Below are positions 45,591 to 55,005 of a DNA stretch of 64,000 nucleotides, piece after piece (the first letter of the stretch is position 1; every line of letters begins with the position of its first letter). The position numbers and the translations under genes were made by a program. The stretch covers positions 40,821 through 104,820 of the forward strand of contig JBAZBX010000001.1 of the NCBI GenBank assembly GCA_041671305.1, written 5' to 3'. The notes below the pieces were generated by a model. It did not search any database, had not been told where the DNA came from, and was given only the letters and a program-made list of their open reading frames with translations. The stretch comes from Patescibacteria group bacterium (lineage in GTDB: Bacteria > Patescibacteriota > Patescibacteriia > 2-01-FULL-39-33).

Positions 45591-46172
45591 TTAAAAAATC
45601 TTATACTCTCCCTCTTTCAAAGTAATAATCGGCAAATCTTCTTCATAATTTTTTAATTCTTCATAAGCCCTATCCCAATCAATGTTGGGAGAGTTATAAT
45701 TTGATTGATAGTGGACTATAATTTTAATCTGAAGAATTCCCAAACCTTCAGCAAGTTTTAAATTGTCCAAATCATAAAAATATTTAGATATGGCATCAGA
45801 CCCGGCGGATGTGCCAACCAAAACTTTTCCGTCCAGCTCATTTAGCCATGACCCATCTCGGCTTAAATATTCTATCAATGTTCCCTCTTCATCTCCGCCA
45901 CGAAGATAAATCACGTCAGCCCATCTCGCCTGCCGAGAAAATTTTTCCAATTCAGCCGTCTCTAACACAAATTCTTTTCCGGTCAAATTCCTGGCCAAAA
46001 ACATTTTGTCATCTTCCAAAGCTTTTTCCCACGTCTCCTTCGGCCGAGCGAAAAGACAATCCAAAATTTTTACCGGTTCTGCAAAACCATTCACCATTTC
46101 TTCGCAAAAAGCCTTTCCTCCATCAGAAGCAACTTTGGGATATCCGCCGACTAGAATATATTTGGTGGACAT
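45591..46172 (-). CDS. Peptidase S51 (dipeptidase E / cyanophycinase-like) family protein
   Basis: VGTSAGS nucleophile-elbow-like motif in a class-I glutamine-amidotransferase-like fold context. Confidence 0.5.
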   Translation of the reverse strand: MSTKYILVGGYPKVASDGGKAFCEEMVNGFAEPVKILDCLFARPKETWEKALEDDKMFLARNLTGKEFVLETAELEKFSRQARWADVIYLRGGDEEGTLIEYLSRDGSWLNELDGKVLVGTSAGSDAISKYFYDLDNLKLAEGLGILQIKIIVHYQSNYNSPNIDWDRAYEELKNYEEDLPIITLKEGEYKIF

Positions 46173-46175
46173 AAA

Positions 46176-46490
46176 TCAATTTGAAATTTTTTTGTCTAAT
46201 TCATCCATATTCACAAAAAAATCTTTTTCTAAATCAATTGCTAATTTATCAGCTATCATAATTATTGACCACAAGCAATCAGACAATTCCTCAGAAAGTT
46301 TTTTGTCTACGTCTTCCTTTTTACGAAATCTATTTTTGGCCATCACCAACTTACACAAATCTCCCACATCTCCAACAAAACCTTGAGTGTATTCTGAAAG
46401 TTCCCATAATCTATTGCCAATATGCTTATTTAATAAAGTATATTTATCATCAATCTCCTTGGCTTTTTTAATAAATTCTTTTAATTCCAT
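46176..46490 (-). CDS. MazG-like nucleotide pyrophosphohydrolase domain protein
   Basis: EL.E...D..LWE...E.GD pattern (RLWELSEYTQGFVGDVGDL); 104 aa. Confidence 0.55.
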   Translation of the reverse strand: MELKEFIKKAKEIDDKYTLLNKHIGNRLWELSEYTQGFVGDVGDLCKLVMAKNRFRKKEDVDKKLSEELSDCLWSIIMIADKLAIDLEKDFFVNMDELDKKISN

Positions 46491-46499
46491 AATTAAAAA

Positions 46500-49217
46500 T
46501 TATTTCCCATGGCAATTCTTAAACTTTTTCCCGCTACCGCAAGGACACGGATCATTGCGGCCGACTTTTTCGCCATCATAGTGTGAGGAGTCTTTGATGA
46601 TTTTATCGGCCTTGCGCGCTTCCAGACCTTCATCACCAGCCATGGGAGATTGCATGCTGGATTCCTTGCTGGGCGCAGAGAATTGTAAATTGTGCTGTTG
46701 CATTTCATCTTGGGGCATCTCTTGAGGCGTCACCATGCCAATTTTATAGATACTAAAGGCAATCTGCTGATCAATCATAGAGAGCAATTCCTTAAACATA
46801 TTAAATGATTCTCTCTTATATTCCACCAATGGATCTCTCTGGCCGTAACCGCGCAGACCGATACCGGTTCTCATATATTGCATAGAGTCCAGATGTTCAA
46901 TCCACAAAGCATCAATGACTCGCAAAAGCATGCCCTGTTCCACCTGCCTCATCAATGGCGCTTCCGGACGTTGATTGGGCAACAAATTTATATGCTCTTC
47001 CAATTCATTATACTTTATAACTGCTTGCTTGATCAGATAACCAGTCAAAGCATCCTGGCCAGCTTCGTTCTGGCCATTATCATTTTCACGTCTTATTTCT
47101 TCCAATGTCTTCCTGGCTTCTTTTGGCAACGGGAAAATAGTGTCTGCCAGATTGTACAGTTCTTCCATATTCCATCTGCTTTCTTCCGGATCTTGCGTGT
47201 TAGACAAAACTATATTCTCAATCTCTTTTTCAATCGCTGAGAGAACTGCTTCCTTGGTATCGCCGCCATCAAGAATCAAACGCCTCTTTTTGTAAATCGT
47301 CTCTCTGTGCTTATTCATGACATCGTCATATTCCACCAGATGTTTTCTGATATCAAAATTATTGGTTTCCACTTTCTTCTGCGCCTGCTCAATGGATTTG
47401 GAAATCATCTTGTTTTCTATAGGCATATCATCCGGCATGCCCAAAGTCGTCATGATGGATTTCATTCTGTCTGAACCGAAAATTCTCATCAAATCATCAT
47501 CCATGGAAATATAAAATTGCGTGTCTCCAGGATCGCCTTGTCTTCCGGCGCGGCCTCTGAGCTGATTATCAATTCTTCTGGACTCATGCCGTTCAGTGCC
47601 GATAACACACAAACCTCCGACCTCTACCACTTTCCGATATTCTTCTTCATTGAATGGATATCCGCCAAGAATAATATCTACGCCACGACCAGCCATATTG
47701 GTCGCCACAGTCACAGCGCCGAATTTTCCGGCTTGAGCAATGATGTGCGCTTCTTTCTCATGATGCTTGGCATTGAGGATTTGGCAATCCACGCCCTCAC
47801 GAGCCAGAAGCTCTGCCAACAATTCATTTTTTTCAATAGAAACCGTACCGATAAGAATCGGCTGTCCCTTCTCGTGCCTTTCTTTTATCTCCCGCGCCAA
47901 GGCCTGGAACTTTCCGCTTTCATTCTTATAGACCCTGTCATTTAGATCGTACCTCACCATGGGCTTATTGGTCGGAATAATGACCACTTCCAATTTATAA
48001 ATTTTGGAAAATTCTTCCGCTTCGGTTGCAGCTGTTCCGGTCATGCCGGATAATTTCTCATACAAACGGAAATAATTTTGAAAGGACACGGTCGCCAAGG
48101 TTTTGCTTTCTTTCTGAACTTTCACTCCTTCTTTGGCTTCAATGGCCTGATGCAAACCTTCACTATATCTACGGCCAAACATCATCCTGCCAGTAAACTC
48201 ATCAATAATAATTATCTCGCCGTCTTGGACTACATAATCTTTGTCTTTTTTAAATAATGCCTGCGCTTTCAAAGCCTGTTCAATGTGATGCACTTCGCCT
48301 ATTCCTCGCTCGGTATAAATATTTCCCAAACCAAGCAACTTCTCCACCTTGGCGATTCCTTCTTCGGTCAAAGTCGCCGCTCTCATTTTCTCATCAATTT
48401 TATAATCTTCTTCCGGTACTAGTTTTTTTACTAATTGCGAGAACTGATAATACTTGTCGGTTGATTCCATGTCCGGAGCGGAAATGATGAGTGGCGTTCT
48501 GGCTTCATCAATTAAAATAGAATCAACTTCATCAACAATGGAATAATACAAATCACGCTGAACCATATCTTCTCTGGACTGAACCATATTGTCACGCAGG
48601 TAGTCAAAGCCGAATTCGTTGTTGGTGCCATAAAGAATGTCGCAGTTGTAAGCCTCTTTGCGAGCGCAAGGAACCAAATTTTGGACATCAAGCATCTCAT
48701 CTCCTTCTTGCTTGCCTCGCGCGCTGTCAAACTTGAAAGCGCTTTCATGCTGGATACAACCCACGCTCATGCCCAAAAAATCATAAACCCGTCCCATCCA
48801 GTCAGCATGGATTCTGGACAGATAATCATTGACTGTCACCAAATGCGCTCCCTTGCCGGCCAAAGCATTGAGATACATGGGACTGGTAGCGGTAAGAGTT
48901 TTTCCTTCACCAGTTCTCATTTCCGCAATCTGCCCGCGGTGAAGCACGATACCGCCGATAAGCTGAACATCAAAATGCCTTTGACCCAGAACTCTCTTGG
49001 AAGCTTCTCTCACCGTGGCGAAAGCTTCCGGTAAAATTTCATCCAAAGTTTTGCCTTCGGAGAGCATTTTACGAAGCTTGGGAGTCTGTGCTCTCAACTC
49101 TTCATCTGAGAGCTTCACCATCTCCGGTTCCAGTGCGTTTATCTCCTCAATTACGGGTCGCATGGACTTGACCACTTTCTCATTCGGATCACCAAAAACT
49201 TTGCTAATTATAGACAT
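46500..49217 (-). CDS. secA: Preprotein translocase ATPase SecA
   Basis: DEAD-like motor motifs (MRTGEGKTL, DEVDSILIDEARTPL), preprotein cross-linking domain, and a C-terminal Zn-finger CPCGSGKKFKNCHG; 905 aa. Confidence 0.95.
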   Translation of the reverse strand: MSIISKVFGDPNEKVVKSMRPVIEEINALEPEMVKLSDEELRAQTPKLRKMLSEGKTLDEILPEAFATVREASKRVLGQRHFDVQLIGGIVLHRGQIAEMRTGEGKTLTATSPMYLNALAGKGAHLVTVNDYLSRIHADWMGRVYDFLGMSVGCIQHESAFKFDSARGKQEGDEMLDVQNLVPCARKEAYNCDILYGTNNEFGFDYLRDNMVQSREDMVQRDLYYSIVDEVDSILIDEARTPLIISAPDMESTDKYYQFSQLVKKLVPEEDYKIDEKMRAATLTEEGIAKVEKLLGLGNIYTERGIGEVHHIEQALKAQALFKKDKDYVVQDGEIIIIDEFTGRMMFGRRYSEGLHQAIEAKEGVKVQKESKTLATVSFQNYFRLYEKLSGMTGTAATEAEEFSKIYKLEVVIIPTNKPMVRYDLNDRVYKNESGKFQALAREIKERHEKGQPILIGTVSIEKNELLAELLAREGVDCQILNAKHHEKEAHIIAQAGKFGAVTVATNMAGRGVDIILGGYPFNEEEYRKVVEVGGLCVIGTERHESRRIDNQLRGRAGRQGDPGDTQFYISMDDDLMRIFGSDRMKSIMTTLGMPDDMPIENKMISKSIEQAQKKVETNNFDIRKHLVEYDDVMNKHRETIYKKRRLILDGGDTKEAVLSAIEKEIENIVLSNTQDPEESRWNMEELYNLADTIFPLPKEARKTLEEIRRENDNGQNEAGQDALTGYLIKQAVIKYNELEEHINLLPNQRPEAPLMRQVEQGMLLRVIDALWIEHLDSMQYMRTGIGLRGYGQRDPLVEYKRESFNMFKELLSMIDQQIAFSIYKIGMVTPQEMPQDEMQQHNLQFSAPSKESSMQSPMAGDEGLEARKADKIIKDSSHYDGEKVGRNDPCPCGSGKKFKNCHGK

Positions 49218-49290
49218 ATTTTATAATAATATTAGTTTATAAGATCAAATATATTCTACCAGAGAACGGTATTAATTTCAAATTTTAGTA

Positions 49291-49328
49291 AAAAAAATAT
49301 GGGGGCTCCTGACGGCAGGCGCTCCCCA
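49291..49328 (-). terminator. Rho-independent terminator (minus strand)
   Basis: GGGGAGCGCC...GGAGCCCCC imperfect hairpin followed by a T-run on the minus strand. Confidence 0.5.
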
Positions 49329-49353
49329 AATAAATTGTCCAATATGTTCGCGT

Positions 49354-49704
49354 TCACTCTTTTACAGTGAACATCAGCGGATTGGTGAACATCAGCGGAT
49401 TGTATGAACGCGGCTTACCGTGATATCCATCATGACCCTGGAATATCAACGTACCATGCTTGGTAATTTCTGCGATGACATACTCCGCTTTTGTATCGCG
49501 GTGGACGACGATTACGCCGACTGCCATCTTTTGTTTATCTATCCACTGTTGCATGGAATATTGCGCATTGGCGCAATTCTGAGCAGTGGAGTTAGTCTCT
49601 TCTCGCATAGCCACCGCCGCGAAATGCGTACTTATGGATCCGCTCTGACAAGTCATGCTTCCACCACGATACACCATCGCTTTTGCCAAACCCAGTTTTG
49701 ACAT
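49354..49704 (-). CDS. Hypothetical protein in a GC-rich island with a C-terminal tandem NPLMFT repeat
   Basis: GGGAGG lies 6 nt upstream of the internal ATG (MSKLGLAK...). The longest ORF extends to 49731. Confidence 0.4.
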   Translation of the reverse strand: MSKLGLAKAMVYRGGSMTCQSGSISTHFAAVAMREETNSTAQNCANAQYSMQQWIDKQKMAVGVIVVHRDTKAEYVIAEITKHGTLIFQGHDGYHGKPRSYNPLMFTNPLMFTVKE

Positions 49705-49810
49705 TTGGAACCTCCCTTCTCCCTTATCCATCTTCTCGTTGTTTGAAGACCATTCTTACAAAGAATAGAACCAATTTATTATACCATAATATTATAAACT
49801 TTGCAAGACA

Positions 49811-49850
49811 AAAATAATCCACCCAGACGTTACGCTGAGGTGGATTATTT
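49811..49850. terminator. Bidirectional terminator
   Basis: ATAATCCACC...GGTGGATTAT perfect 10-bp stem followed by a T-run on the minus strand, after the hpf stop. Confidence 0.65.
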
Positions 49851-49859
49851 TAGAATAAT

Positions 49860-50162
49860 TTATTCCTGCTTTTTTTCTTTGTATTTTATCAATTCTTGTT
49901 TCATTTTGTCTTTTGCCTCGTTTATAGATTTTTCAATATTATCTGTTTCGGCTTCAGCTCTTAATACCGTGCCAGGAACCGTCAGATTAATTTCTGCACG
50001 GAAATTATCTCCATTTCTGTGATGAAAAGAAATAAGCCCTATTTCCACATCAACTTCAATAATATTGTCAAAATATTTAGTTAATCCTCCAACTTTTTCA
50101 TTGATCATCTCGTGAGCTTCCGGAGTGAGCTTGGCATTAGTGGCCTTGATATTAATTTTCAT
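49860..50162 (-). CDS. hpf: Ribosome hibernation promoting factor (short HPF/RaiA)
   Basis: MKINIKATN...LTPE...KYFD fold signature; 100 aa. Confidence 0.85.
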   Translation of the reverse strand: MKINIKATNAKLTPEAHEMINEKVGGLTKYFDNIIEVDVEIGLISFHHRNGDNFRAEINLTVPGTVLRAEAETDNIEKSINEAKDKMKQELIKYKEKKQE

Positions 50163-50192
50163 GATTTTGTATTTTATTAATTAATTTAATAT

Positions 50193-51158
50193 TTAAAATC
50201 CCAGATATTCTATTTCCTCCATCAATTGCAAATCAAAAGTGTCTCTCACTTTCTGTTTTATAATGCTAATTAGCATAATTACGTTTTCCGCCGTCGCCCC
50301 TCCGATATTAATAATAATACCAGCATGATTTTCAAAAACTTTGGCATGGCCGATTTCTTTGCCTTTGAGTTCGCATTTATCAATCAACCAAGCAACTGGA
50401 ATTTTCCGATATTTTACATATTGATCGGGAAAATTCGGAAATTTTTCCTGAAACAGTTTAATTTCTTCTGCGCTAGTTTCTATATTCTTGAAAACACAAC
50501 CTGCCGAAAAACCCGCAAACTTCGGAGCCCTTTCGCTGATAATTTTTTTTACTCTTTCTCTAGCTTGATTAGTATCACTTTTTTGCAGTTTCATGGTGAC
50601 AGACAAAATTACATCTTTATTGCCATTCTTTTTGAAAACGCTTTCCCGATAACCAAATTCACAATCAGAAACGGACAAAGATTTGATCTTGCCATCACGC
50701 AAAACTTTTACTTCTATGATGTTTCTGCTCATATCACTGCCATAAGCTCCGGCATTTCCCCTGACTGCTCCTCCTATTGTGCCGGGAATTCCTGCCGCCC
50801 ACTCCAGACCGGAAAGACCTTCAGCCAATGACTGACTGAGCGCTTTGGCCAGAATTACTCCAGCCTCGCATTCAACAATTTCATCTTTTATGTTTAGACG
50901 ATCTCCGGACATCTTTATTACTAGTCCCGGATAGCCGTTATCACTGACTAATATATTGCTTCCGCCACCCAGGACGACATACGAAATCGCATTTTTCTCC
51001 GCCCAGGACAACACCTCCTGAAACTCTTCTAAATTTTGAATAACGGCGAAATACCTGGCCGGTCCGCCGATACGAAATGTGGTATGAGAAGACAACGGCT
51101 CATTTTCCATAAATCTTTCATTCAAAATTTCCTTTATTTTACTAGTATCTGAATTCAT
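50193..51158 (-). CDS. murB: UDP-N-acetylenolpyruvoylglucosamine reductase
   Basis: FAD-binding HTTFRIGGPARYF...VLGGGSNILV. Confidence 0.9.
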   Translation of the reverse strand: MNSDTSKIKEILNERFMENEPLSSHTTFRIGGPARYFAVIQNLEEFQEVLSWAEKNAISYVVLGGGSNILVSDNGYPGLVIKMSGDRLNIKDEIVECEAGVILAKALSQSLAEGLSGLEWAAGIPGTIGGAVRGNAGAYGSDMSRNIIEVKVLRDGKIKSLSVSDCEFGYRESVFKKNGNKDVILSVTMKLQKSDTNQARERVKKIISERAPKFAGFSAGCVFKNIETSAEEIKLFQEKFPNFPDQYVKYRKIPVAWLIDKCELKGKEIGHAKVFENHAGIIINIGGATAENVIMLISIIKQKVRDTFDLQLMEEIEYLGF

Positions 51159-51343
51159 TATTTTTTTCTTTTATCAATTAATTTAATTTCTTTCTTTTTT
51201 TTGGTCTTAATATAATATCCGGATTGTTCCATCACCTGCCGTTGCTTGGCAAAACCAGTGCCTTTGACTTTCCGTTTCGGGCGCTTTTCCTGCTCTAGCT
51301 TGTTTTGTAAATTATATAAATCTTTTTCCATATAGACAAGCAA
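51158..51343 (-). CDS. Small lysine-rich hypothetical protein
   Basis: 61-aa ORF between murC and murB. Confidence 0.3.
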   Translation of the reverse strand: MLVYMEKDLYNLQNKLEQEKRPKRKVKGTGFAKQRQVMEQSGYYIKTKKKKEIKLIDKRKK

Positions 51344-51349
51344 CTTGAA

Positions 51350-52726
51350 TTATTTTTTCACTAGATTTTGGGCCACGTCATAGATATTACCTGCCCCCAT
51401 AATAAGTATTACGTCAAAATCACCTGCTTTGGTTCTAATTAAATTCTCGGTTTCGTTTAAACTGCCTCCGTAAACGGCATTAGCGCCTGAATTTTTGGCC
51501 TCTTCCGCCAACACCACGGAATTAATATCAAAATCCTCGGGCCTTTCCCGACCTTCTACATAGTAGATGTCGGAAATAATAGCCATATCCGCCAAGGAGA
51601 AACTCTGGACAAATTCATTGAACAAATTTTTTGTTCGCGCAAATTGGTGGGGCTGGAACACGACCAAAATCTTTTGGGAAGGAAAAAATTCCTTGGTTGC
51701 CTCAATGGTTTTATATACTGCGTCCGGCGTATGAGCATAATCGGTGATAAGAAGCGCCTTACCCAGATGACCAAGCTTTTCAAATCGTCTCCAAGCACCA
51801 TTAAATCCAGCCAAAGACGACCTAATCACTTCCCACCTAATGTTAAACTGCCTGGCAACCGCAATGGAGGCCAAAGCATCATAAACATTAAATCTGCCAG
51901 GGATATTAATAAAAAAATTCTCCCCAAAATTACCCCTCTGGAAAACATCAAAATATTGTTTACCGTTATTTAAGTGAATGCACTTGGCAGTAAAATCAGA
52001 TTCATTATCCAACCCGTAAGTTATTATTCTAGCCTGGCATTTTGCAGAAGCTTGGCTGGAATTTGAATCATCATTATTGATAACTAGCATGCCGTCGCCA
52101 GGCAATTTTTCAAAATACTTTTTGAAAGCCATCTTTATTTCTTTCGCATTTTTATAATAATCCAAATGATCTTCTCCAATATAAGTATTTACCGCCACCT
52201 TGGGATTGTAATTATCAAAGGCTCTTCTATATTCATCGCTTTCAAAAATAAAATATTTACTATTTCCGACCCTGGAATTGCCCCCAAGATAATCAGCTTT
52301 GCTTCCCAATATAATAGTTGGATCCATCCCGGCATCTACAAAAATTTTTCCCAGCATGGCGGTGGTAGTCGTTTTGCCATTGGTGCCGGAAATTCCTATA
52401 GCGTATTTATCTTTCATCAAAAATCCCAAAAGATCAGGATAAGTCAGGGTATTTATTTTTAACTTCCTGGCTTCCTGCCGTTCACAATTATCTTCCGGCA
52501 CAGCCACGCTATAAACCACCAGATCAATATCGTCTTTTATATTCTCGGATCTGTGTCCGATAATAATATTTATCCCTTCCTTGGATAATTGTTCCGTTAT
52601 CTCGCTTTCTGTGGCATCACTGCCGGAGACTTCCTTTTTTTGAAAATTCAAAACACGCGCCACCGCCGAAATGCCAATTCCACCAATGCCGACAAAATGT
52701 ATTTTTTTTATTTCCGATAAATCCAT
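51350..52726 (-). CDS. murC: UDP-N-acetylmuramate--L-alanine ligase
   Basis: HFVGIGGIGISAVA Rossmann motif and GISGTNGKTTTTAM P-loop. Confidence 0.9.
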   Translation of the reverse strand: MDLSEIKKIHFVGIGGIGISAVARVLNFQKKEVSGSDATESEITEQLSKEGINIIIGHRSENIKDDIDLVVYSVAVPEDNCERQEARKLKINTLTYPDLLGFLMKDKYAIGISGTNGKTTTTAMLGKIFVDAGMDPTIILGSKADYLGGNSRVGNSKYFIFESDEYRRAFDNYNPKVAVNTYIGEDHLDYYKNAKEIKMAFKKYFEKLPGDGMLVINNDDSNSSQASAKCQARIITYGLDNESDFTAKCIHLNNGKQYFDVFQRGNFGENFFINIPGRFNVYDALASIAVARQFNIRWEVIRSSLAGFNGAWRRFEKLGHLGKALLITDYAHTPDAVYKTIEATKEFFPSQKILVVFQPHQFARTKNLFNEFVQSFSLADMAIISDIYYVEGRERPEDFDINSVVLAEEAKNSGANAVYGGSLNETENLIRTKAGDFDVILIMGAGNIYDVAQNLVKK

Positions 52727-52732
52727 GCTGAT

Positions 52733-53803
52733 TTATTTATCTTTGACTATTGATTTAATTAAGCCGACCACATTTTTGGCTCCATCTTTGGCCATAATAT
52801 GAGATATATTTTCAGACAATAATTCGCTCTGACTCTTGCGGTTAGAAAACAAGTCTTTGATCACTCCAACAAACATAGCCGGCGTCAGGCTTTCTTGAGA
52901 AAGCACCAAAGCCGCTTCATGTTTTTGATAATAATGAGCGTTTAATTCTTGATGACTGTGAGGCATGGGTATTAAAATTGCCACCTTGCCCATTATAGAT
53001 AGCTCCGACAAAGTTGAAATGCCACACCTAGACACGACGATATCAGCCACGCACAAGGCCTCAATTAATTCTGAAGTCAAAAATTCAAATTGATGATAAT
53101 TATCAGACTGGACATCAATCTTTTTGCCATGACCAGTGACATGGATTATCTGGCAAAATTTAATCAAATCAGCAATAGCTTTTTCCATAATTTCATTAAT
53201 GCCCTTGGCTCCCGTGCCTCCCCCCATCACCAGAAGAATCGGGAGATCCGAATTCAATTTAAAAAATTCTCTGCTCTCGTCACGATTGCAATAATAAAAT
53301 TCTTGTCGCACCGGATTTCCGGTAAGCACCGTCTTTTTAGGATTAAAATCTTTGAGCGACACATCAAATGAAACCGTTATTTTCCTAGAAATATTGGCCA
53401 TCAACTTATTGGCTAAGCCGGCTACAATATCCTGCTGATGAACAATAACCGGAATATGGAGAAGCCATGCTGCATAAGCGACCGGTACGCCTACAAAAGC
53501 GCCAGCGACCATTACCGCCTCCGGTCTGAATTTCCAGACAATACCAAAGGCCTGAAAAAATCCCAAAATTATTTTGAATGGATCTGTAAAATTCTGCCAA
53601 CTGAAATATCTGCGAAATTTTCCTGATGAAATGGATTTAAACGGTATCTTGTAACTTTCTACGGCCTTCCTCTCCGGCCCGCTTTCCGTACCAATAAAAA
53701 GAAACTTATCACTGCCATGGCTACTTTTTTTAAACTCTTCATAAACTGCAATAAGCGGACTGACTGATCCCATGGTTCCACCGCCTGATAATAATATTTT
53801 CAT
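52733..53803 (-). CDS. murG: Undecaprenyldiphospho-muramoylpentapeptide beta-N-acetylglucosaminyltransferase
   Basis: GT28; SGGGTMGSVSP and GGGTGA motifs. Confidence 0.9.
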   Translation of the reverse strand: MKILLSGGGTMGSVSPLIAVYEEFKKSSHGSDKFLFIGTESGPERKAVESYKIPFKSISSGKFRRYFSWQNFTDPFKIILGFFQAFGIVWKFRPEAVMVAGAFVGVPVAYAAWLLHIPVIVHQQDIVAGLANKLMANISRKITVSFDVSLKDFNPKKTVLTGNPVRQEFYYCNRDESREFFKLNSDLPILLVMGGGTGAKGINEIMEKAIADLIKFCQIIHVTGHGKKIDVQSDNYHQFEFLTSELIEALCVADIVVSRCGISTLSELSIMGKVAILIPMPHSHQELNAHYYQKHEAALVLSQESLTPAMFVGVIKDLFSNRKSQSELLSENISHIMAKDGAKNVVGLIKSIVKDK

Positions 53804-53817
53804 ATGAATTTATTTAA

Positions 53818-54966
53818 TTAGCGATATGAATTCTGTTTGGATATATTAACCAAAATTCCGGCTGCTGCCAAGGAGGCCATAATGGAAGTGCCTCCGTATG
53901 AGATAAATGGCAAAGTCACTCCGGTAAGCGGTAAGATACCGACCATGGCGCCGATATTAAAAAATGCTTGGAATGCAAACCAAGAAATAATACCTACGAC
54001 CAACAATTTACCAAAAGTATCTTCACATCTTTGCGCCAGCTTGAGGCCTCTTATTGCCAAAAAGATAAAAACTGCCACAATAATTGAAGCGAAGATAAAT
54101 CCTAATTCTTCAGACACCACGGCAAATATGGAATCTCCGGTTACCTCGGGAAGATAATTGAACTTTTGTATAGAATGGCCATATCCCTTGCCAAACCATC
54201 CGCCGGATCCGACAGCCAGAAGCGCTTGGTTGATATGATACCCGGTTCCCAAAGGATCAAGTTCCGGATGCAAGAAAGTTGTAAATCTCTCTCCTCTATA
54301 CGGAGAGAATTTTATAAGTAAGGCCAAAGCACCCGCTCCCAAAACTCCGAGCCAGGTCAGATGAAGGACTTTTCCGCCAGCCGTAAAATATACCGACAGG
54401 GACATGAGAATTATAATCATCATAGTTCCGGTATCTGGCTCCAAAACAGTCAGCAGGGAAATTATTCCTAATACAAATAGAAACGGCACGAAACCATACT
54501 GAAAATTTTTGAGATGACTTTCCTCTTTGGATGAGAGCCAGGAAGCTAAATACAAAAGAAATGTCAGCTTTACTATTTCAGACGGCTGAATGGAAAAACC
54601 AAAAATATAAATCCAACTTCGTGAGGTTCCCCAACTGGCGCCGATACCTGGGATAAACACCAAAACCAAAAGCGCAATAGAAAACAAAAGAAGTCCAGGA
54701 GCATAATTTTTCAGTTTGCGATAATCAAACTTAGAAAAAAGAAACATCAAAATCAGACCCGGAATAACGCCGACTAATAATTGATGCTTAAAATAATAAT
54801 ATGGATCATGAAATTTCTGCCAACCTACGGCTACTCCGGCTGAACAAAGCATGATCAACCCGAAAGCGGTCAAGAATAAAATCGTACCAACCAAATACCA
54901 ATCTGGCTCATTAGTATCATGAAAAAAATATTTTTTTATCTTTTCAATTAATTTTTTGATAAGCAT
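53818..54966 (-). CDS. ftsW: SEDS-family peptidoglycan glycosyltransferase / cell division protein FtsW
   Basis: Ten TM helices; conserved PEVTGDSIFAVVSEELG region. Confidence 0.85.
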   Translation of the reverse strand: MLIKKLIEKIKKYFFHDTNEPDWYLVGTILFLTAFGLIMLCSAGVAVGWQKFHDPYYYFKHQLLVGVIPGLILMFLFSKFDYRKLKNYAPGLLLFSIALLVLVFIPGIGASWGTSRSWIYIFGFSIQPSEIVKLTFLLYLASWLSSKEESHLKNFQYGFVPFLFVLGIISLLTVLEPDTGTMMIIILMSLSVYFTAGGKVLHLTWLGVLGAGALALLIKFSPYRGERFTTFLHPELDPLGTGYHINQALLAVGSGGWFGKGYGHSIQKFNYLPEVTGDSIFAVVSEELGFIFASIIVAVFIFLAIRGLKLAQRCEDTFGKLLVVGIISWFAFQAFFNIGAMVGILPLTGVTLPFISYGGTSIMASLAAAGILVNISKQNSYR

Positions 54967-55005
54967 ATTTTAATAATTACCTGCATTTGCAATGAGAGCA
55001 TTATG

